A stretch of DNA of 64,000 bases, taken from sequence record OM386662.1. One strand, given 5' to 3'. The notes below the pieces were generated by a model. That model did no database searches. It was not told where the DNA came from and saw nothing but the letters and a program-made list of their open reading frames with translations. The position numbers were made by a program, and so were the translations under genes. This stretch comes from Escherichia phage vB_EcoM_ESCO47. Shown in pieces: positions 1 through 10,947 of the stretch (position 1 is its first letter; every line of letters begins with the position of its first letter).

Positions 1-353
1 CATATGCAATAAGGTCCACAAAATAATTTAAATTTTTAGGGCGGAAAGAATACACTGCACTAAAATCTGCACCGGAAGAGATATGAACTATCTGTAATTG
101 TTCTAAAGCCGCAGATTCAAAACGTTGGTCTCTTTCCTTTTGTATAACTTCTGTGTATGTGTCATATTTGGCTCTCACATAATAGTCGAGGAATATAGTT
201 CCTTTATACCATATCAAAGCCATAATGAATAAAAGAACAACAACGGCCACACGAGAAACAAGAACTTTCCCGGTGGCATTATCTTTGAAAATACGATCTA
301 ACAACCCAAATAGAATATCACTAGGAGAGAATGATACTCTAGGCGCTGCCATA
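1..353 (-). CDS. t: Holin (gene t), N-terminal part; C-terminus lies beyond window start
   Basis: Minus-strand ORF with ATG at 351-353 running off the window edge; translation MAAPRVSFSPSDILFGLLDRIFKDNATGKVL... with one hydrophobic TM segment matches T4 holin T N-terminus; adjacent to gene 38 as in T4. Confidence 0.85.
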
Positions 354-362
354 ATACCTCCT

Positions 363-914
363 TTATCTGAAGATATTTATCACTCTTTTAAAAAATGATT
401 TTCGTTCTTTTTCTGGCCATGCCGGGAATTCGCCACCTAAATGCTCATGCTTTTCATAAAGAGCAAAGAAACGTTTAAGATTCTGGTAATAGAATTTCTC
501 GTCTTTATTTGCAACAGAAGCTTCAACCAAATTAGACAAGACTTGGTACTCTTTAAAAAGTTGATCAAGTTTTCTATTTCTAAGAGTCAAACGTTTATAA
601 CACTCATCCTCTTTCCAGCCGCCATCTATCCAAAGATCAAACTCGCCAGGCTCATCAAATGTTGCACCCTGTAAGCTTCCTATACTATCAATTTTAACGG
701 GTTGTTTATCGAAGGTCCAAGCTAGTTTACCGCGATGATCTTCTTCGTAAATCCAATCTTGAATGCGTTCGTCAAAAACAATCGCATATCCTTCTTTATG
801 ATCAAGTGGTTTTTTAGTTGTAGAATGCGCCGGGAGCCCAATGCCTTTAACAGGTTTATATGTTTCTTCTTTATAAAATTCTTTAGTGTCAAAATAGTAG
901 TGGTAAATTTTCAT
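363..914 (-). CDS. 38: gp38 long tail fibre assembly protein (T4-type)
   Basis: 183-aa ORF MKIYHYYFDTKEFYKEE...; same length and N-terminus as T4 gp38; follows gene 37. Confidence 0.9.
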   Translation of the reverse strand: MKIYHYYFDTKEFYKEETYKPVKGIGLPAHSTTKKPLDHKEGYAIVFDERIQDWIYEEDHRGKLAWTFDKQPVKIDSIGSLQGATFDEPGEFDLWIDGGWKEDECYKRLTLRNRKLDQLFKEYQVLSNLVEASVANKDEKFYYQNLKRFFALYEKHEHLGGEFPAWPEKERKSFFKRVINIFR

Positions 915-944
915 TATTATAAAGGGCCCGAAGGCCCTCTCCTT
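915..944 (-). promoter_or_regulatory. 38: Gene 38 translation initiation region with hairpin between SD and AUG
   Basis: On the minus strand SD AAGGAG (939-944) is about 24 nt from the AUG, separated by GGGCC-UUCG-GGCCC hairpin (924-937). Confidence 0.5.
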
Positions 945-3900
945 AAGCTAAACGAACGATATAGTTAAACGCAACGTTTTTAACAGTGTTCTCTGTATTA
1001 CCTGTTGCGTTAACTGTTATTGTGTGACTATGTGAGCCTAATGCAACGGTGTGTGTATGAGCACCAATACCTACAGTATGCGTATGAGCACCAACGGCCA
1101 CGTTATGTGTATGTGCTCCAGCCGAAGCAGCAGTACCAGATAAAGAGTGACTGTGGTTGCCCTGACTGTCTGTTTTCGCACAATAACCAGCTCCCTGCTG
1201 GTTGGTTCCTTTAACCGTGGATACACTTGCCGGAATGGTTACTGTTCCGTATTGGCTCCAACCACTACTGCTCATCCTTAAACCATCTGTGTGAGCATGG
1301 GCGCCGGTTGAGTTTGTGGAACCGCTCAGACTATGTGTATGCGCACCAGCTGAAGCAGCAGATTTGGTACCGTAGTCAAAACTCGAACTTGTCTTAGTAC
1401 CGTAGTCAAAACTTGACGACGTTTTTGTACCTAGATCAACCGAGTTAGAAGAAGCACTATGGGTATGAGATTTAACACCATCTGCTTCTGTACTCAACAC
1501 TGCACGACCACTCGGTTTACCTTTAATAGTTTGTCCACGCATATCAGGAATAGTTCCTGAAGTATATACTGCACCTAATTTAGGATACGCCGCTTTGTCA
1601 AAAGTCTGGCCTTCCATAATAGCATAACCCACAGGAGGTGTATCAGTTGGCCATGGAATCGGAGCACCAATCGGATAACTAGAGATGATATCCGTCTTAA
1701 GACTATTTATCGTCGTATTTAGGTTAGCAAAGTTACCAGTACCACCTGTGATATTACCATCAGTACCAATTATAACGGTATTAATTTCAATTTTATTAGG
1801 TGAACGGAACGAGCCATCACGTCTAAATTGCCATGCTAAATCCGCCTTTTGTGGACCTGTTGAATCATTATCACCGCCTTCATGATAGTGAATTCTAAAA
1901 TCACCCGTACTAATTAATGTACCCAAAGAATAACAACTATCGCCCTGGACATATCGTTGTTTCAAAATAGGAACGTAAGTACTTGTATCTGTACGATTAA
2001 TATTCATGTAGAATGGGGCACGAACATTTTCATTATTTTGCGAGACAAATGAACCAGCCCCTGCTGGTTTAACAATATCAGTACATTCAGCATCAATATA
2101 TGTCGACTGCCCTAATTGCATACGGAAATTAGGACTTATACGCGAATTAGTGGTCAACACAACGAGTTTTGTATCATTGTCTACGGTGACCATATTACCG
2201 CCGGCACCATCATCACCTAATGTAACGGTATGACGCATTTGTACCATGCCATTATTAAGACTAATACTTAATGGGCGGAGATTACTTATTCCACCGCTTT
2301 CACCAGCATCTTTGGGAGTTGGAATAATATGCAATGCTGCTTCAGAGCGGCGGAAAATAGCACCGTATTCGGCATTCCAAATTCTTAATGCATCATTAGT
2401 TCCACCAATTTTAACTTGACCACTAATAGAAGAACCGCCTGTTAAACTAAGTCCATTGCTCATGGTAACTGCACCATTTAAAGTGCTCAAACCATCAACT
2501 TTAAGACTTCCTGCAGTGTTAATAGAGCCGTTAGCATTAACTTGTCCATTGAACTGGGATACAACAGGCCCAGTAGTTTCAGAGCCACTTGGAGCCATAC
2601 GCTGTGAATAAAAATAATATCCTTGTCCATCAGAAACTTCGAATACTGTTTCGCGCGCTTTGTCACCGGTAGCATTAAAACTATTACCCCAAGCTTTAAC
2701 AGTCACATAACTTTTATTCTGTCCTGCTCTAGAACCAGCTTCCCACAAGATTTGTTTTGTGCCGTCTACCCCTGTAGGAGCTTTAAATGTTAAAGCCGAC
2801 GTATTATCGTCACCTGCAAAATACATGCCGGATCGTATAGAAATACGTTGGGTTGAATAGATGGTACCATCAGCCCTAAGATTTAATTCATTATTACCGG
2901 TTTTGATGTTTAATATGCCAGGTTCAACAATAAGACCCTCGGACATAGATACTGCCATACGTCCTGTGCCACGGAAATAATGATAAAACTTACCATTACT
3001 ATTATACCCAAGATGAGTTTGTCCATCACCGTTAGCATTACCATCAGGAGTTGTTTGAATTGTTAAAACAGAAGCGTTATTTCCAGGCATTACCCAGGTG
3101 GCACCAGAGTCATCTGAGCGACCGACAGTCAAACGTTTCGTACTTAAAAATACCCCATTTGTTAAAGTCGCAGTAGAAGTACCTTGTGCAACAAAATCAA
3201 TTTTACCTGAAGCGATAGATTTGAATCCAGTAGATGGGTCCCCTAGAACTATATAACATTCGCCCATAGCGCCAGTTGAACCATAGTTATTAATGTTTTC
3301 ATCTGCGGTAATTGTGCCAATTGCGAGAGAACGACGTAATACTAAAGATCCATCATTACGAAGACCCATCCGTTTATTAATCGCGGTGTCACCTGTCCAC
3401 CAAGAAATCTCTTCGCTTTTACCAGTTTGTGAAGAAACTAATTCATGATAAATCGTGCCGCCGGATTTTGCGCGGAATTTACGAAGATAGTTAATACCGT
3501 TTTCTTCACCTGTGCCAGGATAAACATACTGAACTAATGATTGCGAATCGTATTGTCCAAATGCTTTTGTGTCTAAAACAATGGTTTTCGTATTAACTTG
3601 TGGAGCAGAAACTATACCAGTAGCGGAGTTAATATTGCCTGACGCAGAAATATTACCTGTTGCAACAACCAAGCTACCAGAATCAACCGTAAATCCACCA
3701 TCGCGTCGGAAAGTCCAATATTTCGAAGTGCCTGTTTCATCAATATAATGCATCTTCATTGAGCCTTCATTAACTAAGGTCCCTAATGAGAAAGTACCAT
3801 CTTTATAACGTTGCTTAATTAACGGGTTATATTCTGAAGTAGCGGTTGATGCGGAAATATCCATGAAAATAGGGGCTTTTGCCGTGTGTTGACCGGCCCA

Positions 3901-4197
3901 AGAACCAACTCCGGTGCCCTTATAAGCAAATTCGATATATCCACCTGATGCAACATTTTGTGAGCCTATTAAATTAAATGTACCTGTCTGAGTATAGTTA
4001 CCTACATGAGTTACATTACCATTAATATCCCCACCTTTAGCGAACCCAAGGTTAATAATATTGCCTAAATCATCTTTTGTAAAAATAGTACGATCTTTTA
4101 AGTTTATAGCCAATTCACCTTCGGCTAATTGCGCAGCTGTTGGATTAACACCAGCTACTTTGCTTCTTTTAAATTGTATTTGCTTAATAGTAGCCAT
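943..4197 (-). CDS. 37: gp37 long tail fibre distal subunit (receptor-binding tip)
   Basis: 1084-aa ORF; N-terminus [19 protein letters not shown]; C-terminal His-box repeats (GAHTH/GSHSH) and ...[11 protein letters not shown] end as in T4 gp37. Confidence 0.95.
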   Translation of the reverse strand: MATIKQIQFKRSKVAGVNPTAAQLAEGELAINLKDRTIFTKDDLGNIINLGFAKGGDINGNVTHVGNYTQTGTFNLIGSQNVASGGYIEFAYKGTGVGSWAGQHTAKAPIFMDISASTATSEYNPLIKQRYKDGTFSLGTLVNEGSMKMHYIDETGTSKYWTFRRDGGFTVDSGSLVVATGNISASGNINSATGIVSAPQVNTKTIVLDTKAFGQYDSQSLVQYVYPGTGEENGINYLRKFRAKSGGTIYHELVSSQTGKSEEISWWTGDTAINKRMGLRNDGSLVLRRSLAIGTITADENINNYGSTGAMGECYIVLGDPSTGFKSIASGKIDFVAQGTSTATLTNGVFLSTKRLTVGRSDDSGATWVMPGNNASVLTIQTTPDGNANGDGQTHLGYNSNGKFYHYFRGTGRMAVSMSEGLIVEPGILNIKTGNNELNLRADGTIYSTQRISIRSGMYFAGDDNTSALTFKAPTGVDGTKQILWEAGSRAGQNKSYVTVKAWGNSFNATGDKARETVFEVSDGQGYYFYSQRMAPSGSETTGPVVSQFNGQVNANGSINTAGSLKVDGLSTLNGAVTMSNGLSLTGGSSISGQVKIGGTNDALRIWNAEYGAIFRRSEAALHIIPTPKDAGESGGISNLRPLSISLNNGMVQMRHTVTLGDDGAGGNMVTVDNDTKLVVLTTNSRISPNFRMQLGQSTYIDAECTDIVKPAGAGSFVSQNNENVRAPFYMNINRTDTSTYVPILKQRYVQGDSCYSLGTLISTGDFRIHYHEGGDNDSTGPQKADLAWQFRRDGSFRSPNKIEINTVIIGTDGNITGGTGNFANLNTTINSLKTDIISSYPIGAPIPWPTDTPPVGYAIMEGQTFDKAAYPKLGAVYTSGTIPDMRGQTIKGKPSGRAVLSTEADGVKSHTHSASSNSVDLGTKTSSSFDYGTKTSSSFDYGTKSAASAGAHTHSLSGSTNSTGAHAHTDGLRMSSSGWSQYGTVTIPASVSTVKGTNQQGAGYCAKTDSQGNHSHSLSGTAASAGAHTHNVAVGAHTHTVGIGAHTHTVALGSHSHTITVNATGNTENTVKNVAFNYIVRLA
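1367..1437 (-). repeat. 37: Tandem 30-nt coding repeat in gene 37 ([10 protein letters not shown] x2 plus diverged third copy)
   Basis: Two adjacent 30-nt units share the first 15 nt exactly (gtaccgtagtcaaaa) with a partial third unit. Confidence 0.8.
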
Positions 4198-4211
4198 AAG
4201 TCCTCTTTAAC

Positions 4212-4874
4212 TTAATAATAGCCGAAATCTTGTACAGAATCTTTAATAACAATTTGGTCAAAACGAGGAACGTGTGAAGGATCTGACGCAGGGTTCTGGG
4301 AGAAAAAGTTTGGAGCTGTTAATGCACCAATCATAGTATCGCCTGAACGAAGTACACGGCTGTTTGCGTTATTATTAACTGTATTTATTTGCCCATCAAC
4401 ATAATCTTTACGAGTAAGGTCATTAGCCGCGATAGGAGCAACTGCATTACTTCTTATTTGACCTACTGCTGTCACAACGCCTTTTGTACTAATATCACCA
4501 TTACGTGCATTAATTACAACAGTTCGGTCTGCTGAACCTTGTGATGATTTAAAACCAATACCATTCCACGAAACGATGTCGATATTTGCCATATCAAAAG
4601 TAGCTGAATCACCGTTACCTGGATAAACACCACACTGTTGACTACTACCTACGGTAGGAACATGTACGCCTCCATTAAATCGAACAGTTGCAGCGTAAGT
4701 ACCACCATTAGCTTTAGAAACGAAATCGTTATCAGCCGCTTGTGGTTTGTTATATTCAGAATATAATTTAAACGTTTTGTATAAGATGTCGTCGCCAGCT
4801 GGCATTAAAGGGAAATTACCTTGGTGCCAAATGACCGAACCACCTGTTGTTGAACCTGCTTTTAAATCTGCCAT
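4212..4874 (-). CDS. 36: gp36 long tail fibre hinge connector
   Basis: 220-aa ORF MADLKAGSTTGGSVIWHQGNFPL...; size and position between 35 and 37 as in T4. Confidence 0.9.
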   Translation of the reverse strand: MADLKAGSTTGGSVIWHQGNFPLMPAGDDILYKTFKLYSEYNKPQAADNDFVSKANGGTYAATVRFNGGVHVPTVGSSQQCGVYPGNGDSATFDMANIDIVSWNGIGFKSSQGSADRTVVINARNGDISTKGVVTAVGQIRSNAVAPIAANDLTRKDYVDGQINTVNNNANSRVLRSGDTMIGALTAPNFFSQNPASDPSHVPRFDQIVIKDSVQDFGYY

Positions 4875-4900
4875 TATTTGGCCTCCTTATAAGTATACCG

Positions 4901-4908
4901 TATTTATA
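4901..4908 (-). promoter_or_regulatory. Late promoter TATAAATA for gene 36
   Basis: Plus-strand tatttata, 27 nt upstream of the gene 36 start codon, immediately downstream of the gene 35 terminator hairpin. Confidence 0.6.
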
Positions 4909-4915
4909 CAAAAAT

Positions 4916-4933
4916 GGGAGACCGAAGTCTCCC
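4916..4933 (-). terminator. UUCG-tetraloop hairpin terminator after gene 35
   Basis: GGGAGAC-UUCG-GUCUCCC on the minus strand followed by AUUUUUG. Confidence 0.5.
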
Positions 4934-4937
4934 TAAA

Positions 4938-6065
4938 TTATTCCGATGCTTCTCTAAATTCTTGACCAAATACTTTACCCGTATCAGTTGAAGATTGGGT
5001 AGGGAACGTCATAATATCTGGAGGACTTAAAGATTCTGAAACATAATTTACACGAATACCATTTACACCAAATTCTGCGGCCTTCGGTATACTTCCATTA
5101 CACGAAACTTCAGTGAATATAATATTTCGTAATCCACCTTGACCGGCTGCCGCAGTTCGATAACAATAAATTGTGAACCCGTCAGCATCAGCAGGAATTT
5201 TAGTATACTCTTCAAATATCTTCCATTGTCCTGCTGTTCCATCAAAGTTTAAATCTTTAAATGAAATAGGAGACGTTGAAGGAGATTTAAAGAAACGTAT
5301 AGAAAGTCTTGTGGTTCCTTGAGCTAACAAATCAGCGTCAGCCATCATCTGGAATTTCGTATAAAGAAAATCACCAGGCTTTAAATTGTAGTTAGCAAGA
5401 GGAGTCACTAGTGATGTTGTAGGCATCCTTTTAACTTCATTATTAGTTCCACCAACGGTAGATAAAAATGTATCCGTCGATTCAAATGTGCGAACAGGGA
5501 AACCGGTAGCACCTATATCATCAATTGTATCATAAACGACTTCTAACGGAGTGCTATAATCAGCACGAGACTTTTTATTTCCATATTTTATATGCTCTAA
5601 AGCAATAGCGTTCTTTCCTGACACATAAAACGCGGAATATGAAATGTCCACGATATTTAACACCGGTTGAGCCATAGGAATAACTGAACTACCTGCTTTA
5701 GTGAACCAAGTTAAAACTTCAGGCGGGAAGTTAGTCTTATTATTTGTCACAAAAGCAAATATGAATCCGGGAGCGTAAGAGTTCATAAATGCAACAAAAG
5801 CATTTGAAGTTGCGTCGTTTACAGTAGAAAAATTATAAACTTTACTTTCTACTATGGCACCTGACGACGGATTTATAATGCGAACATTTAATCCAACTGC
5901 GAAAACTTGACCACCGAGCGGACTATCCTGAAAATTTATATACGGGTTTGTAGTTGAAAGCGGGCATGAACCCGCTATACTTAATTTAAATCTTACTGAA
6001 TTGCTTTCCGATAAAAATGGCGTTTGGACGTATCCTTGTCCAAACTTAGCCATAAATTTTTCCAT
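4938..6065 (-). CDS. 35: gp35 long tail fibre hinge protein
   Basis: 375-aa ORF; synteny between 34 and 36; size matches T4 gp35 (372 aa). Confidence 0.85.
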   Translation of the reverse strand: MEKFMAKFGQGYVQTPFLSESNSVRFKLSIAGSCPLSTTNPYINFQDSPLGGQVFAVGLNVRIINPSSGAIVESKVYNFSTVNDATSNAFVAFMNSYAPGFIFAFVTNNKTNFPPEVLTWFTKAGSSVIPMAQPVLNIVDISYSAFYVSGKNAIALEHIKYGNKKSRADYSTPLEVVYDTIDDIGATGFPVRTFESTDTFLSTVGGTNNEVKRMPTTSLVTPLANYNLKPGDFLYTKFQMMADADLLAQGTTRLSIRFFKSPSTSPISFKDLNFDGTAGQWKIFEEYTKIPADADGFTIYCYRTAAAGQGGLRNIIFTEVSCNGSIPKAAEFGVNGIRVNYVSESLSPPDIMTFPTQSSTDTGKVFGQEFREASE

Positions 6066-6073
6066 AATACCTC

Positions 6074-9000
6074 TTATTCAATCCATTCGAATTTAACGGT
6101 TTTATTAATTGGATCTGGAACAATTCTAACATTACCTATACGCAAGAAGTCACGAATAGTAAGGTTACCAATTACCGCGTTATCTGAAGGCAGAGCACCG
6201 ACATCTGACGGTGAAGGTGGGTTACCACTATCAAACACCATAGCAAAAGACGTCCAAGCATCTTTATTTCTCTGCCAGGTTCTAGTGTAACGTATACTAC
6301 CGCCATTAGCTCCTGTCGGATAACAAATCCAATCTTGATAAAGAGAATTTAAACTATTACCGAATTGGGTTAATGTGCCTGGATATTTAATTTCTTGAAC
6401 ACGATTACCTGCAGCATCCCTAGTCCAATAACCTGGGAACTGAGTATATGTCGCTTCATCATTAATATCGATAGACCAGAATCCAACCGTGCCTTCGGTA
6501 GGTTTACGAGTATAAAGATCAGCCGTTTTAGAGCCACTAGAAATGATTCGACTGTTTACAGTTAAACCACCTGAAGTAATAGTAGCACCATTTGTTATCT
6601 GTACACCGTTATCTAATCTAACCAGACCTGTAGCATTATTGATAGTCAATGGGCGTAATGAGTTAAATGTCCCAGACTGATTACCAGAATCGGTTAAAAC
6701 GAAATATGAACTATTTCCGGCGTTATGAATCATAAAGCCGTAGTTACCATTAATCGCTCTAAATGCTATAGGAGATCGAGAAACAATTTCACCATTAGAC
6801 GAAATAGAACCGGTAGAAGTGGTCGTACCTGTCACAGTCAAATTACCTGTTGCATTAAGGTTTACGGATGTCAATCCACCATTAACGTTCATCTGGATAT
6901 TGCCAAGATTATTTCTCTGAGTATAGAAATGATGGCTTGTTTCATCACTAACTTCAAATACTGTAGCTCGTGTTTTATCAGCACCGCTGCCAAACGTATT
7001 ACCAAAAACTCGAATAGAAACGTTTTCTGTTGAACTTGTGGCGTACTGATTTCCCTTTTCGAAAATTAGACGCGGAGCAGTATCGGTATTAGCAATAGTT
7101 AATGTACTATTTGCGGATACTGAACCACCAAAGAATCCGGTGCTTGTAGATACTAAAGGAGCACTCAGGTTCAATTGTTTAGTCAGACTTAAAGAACCAT
7201 TAACTGTCTGGTCGATATCTCTACGGATAAACTGAAGAGAATCCAGGCCATCTAACAACTCAGTATCAGCGGCTTTTGCTTTCAATGGTAAATAGTTAGC
7301 AAGCACACGGTTAAATTCATAAGGAGAAATAGCATAACTATTTTTCTCGTATAAGTTTAGATCCTGAGTATTGCCTTGTGTATCATTACCAACAAAAGTG
7401 ATAGAACCGGATGAAGTTTTAACGAATCCGCGAATCGCCGTAGTAGCAGCCCATGTTGGTTCATTCTGGACAATCCATTTTAAATTCTTAGGAGATACAG
7501 CGGTATTAGCTGAAGTACCAGTAACTGTTTCTGCTTGGGTGGCGACTTTAATTACACCTTCAGAAGTTTCAGTGGACTTAGTCCCTAAAAGCTTTTTAGG
7601 AGTAATAAGAACATCATCTAAAGTTCCTGCATTAGATTCTGCCTGGGTCGCTACGCGAAGTGTACCACGTTGTGTTTCATTTGCTTTAGAAATATCGAGA
7701 GTATAATGGTTCCACAAGGTTCCTTCTTCAATAAGTCCGGAATCAGAATTAACACCAGTACGGTCAGAAGAATCAAAATGAGTTTTAACTTTCAAGGGAG
7801 TTGAAATTCGAGTATCATCAGTCCCAGCATCAAATTCAACTTGAGTTGCAATCTCTGCAATACCACTTAAAGCTTCTGTAGCTTTCCTGTCATTTAACGT
7901 TTTAGGCGTTACCGCACGAGTATAATCAGTCCCAGCATCAGTCTCTGCTTGCGTAGCAATTTCAATTAAACCAATACGTCCGTCTGTAGAAGTTTTCTTA
8001 TGCAGAGTTTCGGGGGTGACAACAGCATGAGAATAACCAGCTTGAGATTGACCTGCAATTACTTCACTTTCAAGAGCCAGAATAGTAGCACCCTGTTGAG
8101 TAGAAGTCGCTTTATACTGATCGAGAGCTTTAGGCGAAATAGTTAACGTAGTTGTGTCTTTATTATAAACGTTAGTGCCTGCAGTCCCACGAGTAGCAGC
8201 AGGAGTAGCTGAAGCAGTCGATACATATTTAACTATACCTGATAGAGTTTCTGAACCCTGACGTGCCTGTAATTTCTTAGGAGTGATAATAGTTGTATCA
8301 TCGGTCCCAGCATCAGTCTCTGCTTGAGTAGCTATTTCTGCTAAACCGCGACGAGTTTCAGTCGCTGTACGCTCATTTAATTTCTTAGGTGTAACAATTG
8401 TATCATCAACAAATGTTGCAGTAGAATCCTGATTAACTTGAGCGGTAGTAGCAGTTTTTGCAATACCACGTCGAGTTTCAGTCGCTGTACGATTAGCTAA
8501 TGTCTCTGGGGTAATTGCAACTTCTTTAGCCGGAGAATTTTCTAAATCAACATTTGCTTGTGCTTGGTTAGCCAAAGCAATAACACCTACACGAGCACGA
8601 GTAGTATCATTTAATGAATCAACACGTTCTACAGTCGGTATGTTTTGTTGAACAATCCAATAGTTGTTTCTACCGGCTTCTTCGATATAAGCTAATTCAA
8701 TTACAGGAACATAAGAAGTAGTCCCATTAAATTCTAACTCTGTAACGGAAACCCAATCGGCATCAGGTGGATATTCTGAACGTTTAGGGAACTGAAGAAG
8801 TTCTACACTACTATAAATTGTATCGGTACTTGCGGCTTTAATTTTAACCGTTTGACCTTTACGCATATAGTTTAATGAAATTTTAACAGTGTCTCCACTC
8901 AAAATTCCGGTAGGAAGAGTAAGATTCACAGTTGATACTGAAGCATTGTTAGCACCAAACACGAGAATTTCTTCGTTAGGGCTAATTACGGTGTCAGTTC

Positions 9001-9919
9001 GTACAATGCGCAGTCGTGATTTCTGGTCACCTTCCCATACTCTCCACAAACTAGATGCTGCATCAAAAATAAAAAGAGCATCAGCAAAATTACGACCTTC
9101 AGCGATATGTGTCCCAACTTCACGGATAGAAGTCGTATCATCAAATGTTTTAACAATTGTATGATACAAAGGGTTTAATTTATCCAAATCGACGAGATTA
9201 ATTACGTCACCGTTATTAGCGTTGCGTGGCAATGTAATATTAATAGGAGCTGCACTGGTAAAACGACGAATAATAAAATCATTAGCTTGCGCCTGATAAG
9301 GTGCCGCTGGAGTTACTATAGTAGATTTGTTACCATAATCAACAAGATACATGTGCCATAAACGATTGCTGAAAACTAAAACAATCTGAGATTTAGGGTG
9401 AGTCATTAAAACCGAACGAACCTGTTCGCCTTTAAAGTTCACAATACTCTGAACTGAAGCGTTGATTTGCACTTTAACTGTGCCTGGTTTGCCACCAATA
9501 TCCGCTAAAACGATTGTATCACCATCAACAGGAGAGCTAGGCAAAGTGAAGTCCATGTCATTCCCGGCGGCTGTATTAACAGAAATCGATTCACCTGATG
9601 CTAATTGATATGACCCAGTAGAAACGGTTATCCACTGTGCATCTGTACGAACTGCACGCCACAGACCTAAATTGAAATTACCTGCCGGAGAAGGAATATC
9701 ATTAATTGCTTGATATAAGCGGTTATCATAAAGAACAACAAACCCGCGCACGTATCCGCGTGTATTACTATAATTCTGTACGGTGTTTTCTTGTACCAGG
9801 AAGTCAACGTTTACGCCATCAGTACCAACTGTACGGTCGGCTAATGCTACGTTAACAATCTTGTCGCCACCGGCGTCCAGTCCGTCTTCGGCTCTGAACT
9901 TACGTTTGATGTCGGCCAT
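6074..9919 (-). CDS. 34: gp34 long tail fibre proximal subunit
   Basis: 1281-aa ORF MADIKRKFRAEDGLDAGGDKIVNVALA...; size close to T4 gp34 (1289 aa); late promoter 31 nt upstream. Confidence 0.95.
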   Translation of the reverse strand: MADIKRKFRAEDGLDAGGDKIVNVALADRTVGTDGVNVDFLVQENTVQNYSNTRGYVRGFVVLYDNRLYQAINDIPSPAGNFNLGLWRAVRTDAQWITVSTGSYQLASGESISVNTAAGNDMDFTLPSSPVDGDTIVLADIGGKPGTVKVQINASVQSIVNFKGEQVRSVLMTHPKSQIVLVFSNRLWHMYLVDYGNKSTIVTPAAPYQAQANDFIIRRFTSAAPINITLPRNANNGDVINLVDLDKLNPLYHTIVKTFDDTTSIREVGTHIAEGRNFADALFIFDAASSLWRVWEGDQKSRLRIVRTDTVISPNEEILVFGANNASVSTVNLTLPTGILSGDTVKISLNYMRKGQTVKIKAASTDTIYSSVELLQFPKRSEYPPDADWVSVTELEFNGTTSYVPVIELAYIEEAGRNNYWIVQQNIPTVERVDSLNDTTRARVGVIALANQAQANVDLENSPAKEVAITPETLANRTATETRRGIAKTATTAQVNQDSTATFVDDTIVTPKKLNERTATETRRGLAEIATQAETDAGTDDTTIITPKKLQARQGSETLSGIVKYVSTASATPAATRGTAGTNVYNKDTTTLTISPKALDQYKATSTQQGATILALESEVIAGQSQAGYSHAVVTPETLHKKTSTDGRIGLIEIATQAETDAGTDYTRAVTPKTLNDRKATEALSGIAEIATQVEFDAGTDDTRISTPLKVKTHFDSSDRTGVNSDSGLIEEGTLWNHYTLDISKANETQRGTLRVATQAESNAGTLDDVLITPKKLLGTKSTETSEGVIKVATQAETVTGTSANTAVSPKNLKWIVQNEPTWAATTAIRGFVKTSSGSITFVGNDTQGNTQDLNLYEKNSYAISPYEFNRVLANYLPLKAKAADTELLDGLDSLQFIRRDIDQTVNGSLSLTKQLNLSAPLVSTSTGFFGGSVSANSTLTIANTDTAPRLIFEKGNQYATSSTENVSIRVFGNTFGSGADKTRATVFEVSDETSHHFYTQRNNLGNIQMNVNGGLTSVNLNATGNLTVTGTTTSTGSISSNGEIVSRSPIAFRAINGNYGFMIHNAGNSSYFVLTDSGNQSGTFNSLRPLTINNATGLVRLDNGVQITNGATITSGGLTVNSRIISSGSKTADLYTRKPTEGTVGFWSIDINDEATYTQFPGYWTRDAAGNRVQEIKYPGTLTQFGNSLNSLYQDWICYPTGANGGSIRYTRTWQRNKDAWTSFAMVFDSGNPPSPSDVGALPSDNAVIGNLTIRDFLRIGNVRIVPDPINKTVKFEWIE

Positions 9920-9949
9920 TCGTTTTTCCTTTATTGTTTCAATAATACT

Positions 9950-9957
9950 TATTTATA
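9950..9957 (-). promoter_or_regulatory. Late promoter TATAAATA for gene 34
   Basis: Plus-strand tatttata, 31 nt upstream of the gene 34 start; back-to-back with the rnh early promoter. Confidence 0.6.
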
Positions 9958-9960
9958 CCA

Positions 9961-9990
9961 GTTTACGCTTTCAAACGGTTATGTTACTAT
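9961..9990 (+). promoter_or_regulatory. Early promoter (GTTTAC -35, 18-nt spacer, TACTAT -10) upstream of rnh
   Basis: gtttacgctttcaaacggttatgttactat; member of a nine-copy family. Confidence 0.6.
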
Positions 9991-10022
9991 AGACAAGTTG
10001 ACTAACTGAACAAGAGGTTCAT

Positions 10023-10940
10023 ATGGATTTAGAAATGATGTTGGATGAAGATTATAAAGAAGGTGTTGTGCTTGCAGACTTTAGTAACATCGCGTTAGCT
10101 GCAGCATTAAACAACTTTGAAGACGGTGATAAGATCACAGTACCTATGGTTCGCCATGTAATCTTGAATTCTATTCGTAAAAACGTTGTGATGTTTCGTA
10201 AACAAGGTTATTCAAAATTTGTTCTATGTATGGATAACGCTACTTCGGGTTACTGGCGACGTGACTTTGCATACTACTACAAGAAAAACCGTAAAACTGA
10301 TCGCGAAGCTTCAAAATGGGATTGGGAAGGTTATTTCACTGCTCTCCGTCAAGTTGTTGATGAGCTAAAGAAATATATGCCTTATGTTGTAATGGACATT
10401 GACAAATATGAAGCGGATGACCATATTGGTGTTCTTTCTAAACACTTATCCCTTTTAGGATATAAAGTTCTCATCGCTGCATCTGATGGTGACTTTACAC
10501 AATTGCACAAATATCCTAACGTAAAACAATGGTCTCCACCACAGAAAAAATGGGTTAAAACTAAGAATGGTTCTGCTGAAATCGATTGCATGACCAAAAT
10601 TCTTAAAGGTGACCGTAAGGATGGTGTCGCATCGGTTCGAGTTCGTGGTGATTTCTGGTTCACACGTCTTGAAGGTGAACGAACTCCAAGCATGAAAACA
10701 AGCATTATTGAAGCTATTGCTAATGATCGTAGTCAAGCCGAAGTGCTTCTTAGCGCTGAAGAATATAAACGTTATCAAGAAAACTTGGTTTTAATTGATT
10801 TCGATTATATTCCTGACAATATTGCTTCAAACATTATAGAGTATTATAACTCTTACAAACCACAACCTAAAGGCAAGATTTATTCATATTTCGTTAAATC
10901 AGGTCTTTCTAAATTAACAAGCGTAATTAATGAATTCTGA
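10023..10940 (+). CDS. rnh: RNase H (5'-3' exonuclease / flap endonuclease)
   Basis: 305-aa ORF MDLEMMLDEDYKEG...; near-identical in length and sequence to T4 RNase H. Confidence 0.95.
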   Translation: MDLEMMLDEDYKEGVVLADFSNIALAAALNNFEDGDKITVPMVRHVILNSIRKNVVMFRKQGYSKFVLCMDNATSGYWRRDFAYYYKKNRKTDREASKWDWEGYFTALRQVVDELKKYMPYVVMDIDKYEADDHIGVLSKHLSLLGYKVLIAASDGDFTQLHKYPNVKQWSPPQKKWVKTKNGSAEIDCMTKILKGDRKDGVASVRVRGDFWFTRLEGERTPSMKTSIIEAIANDRSQAEVLLSAEEYKRYQENLVLIDFDYIPDNIASNIIEYYNSYKPQPKGKIYSYFVKSGLSKLTSVINEF

Positions 10941-10947
10941 GGTAAAC

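Noticed and set aside
1367-1437. Possible CRISPR-like or satellite repeat array
   Set aside because: The direct repeats here and at 52801-52871 are in frame within structural genes and encode repeated peptide units; no repeat-spacer architecture exists anywhere in the window
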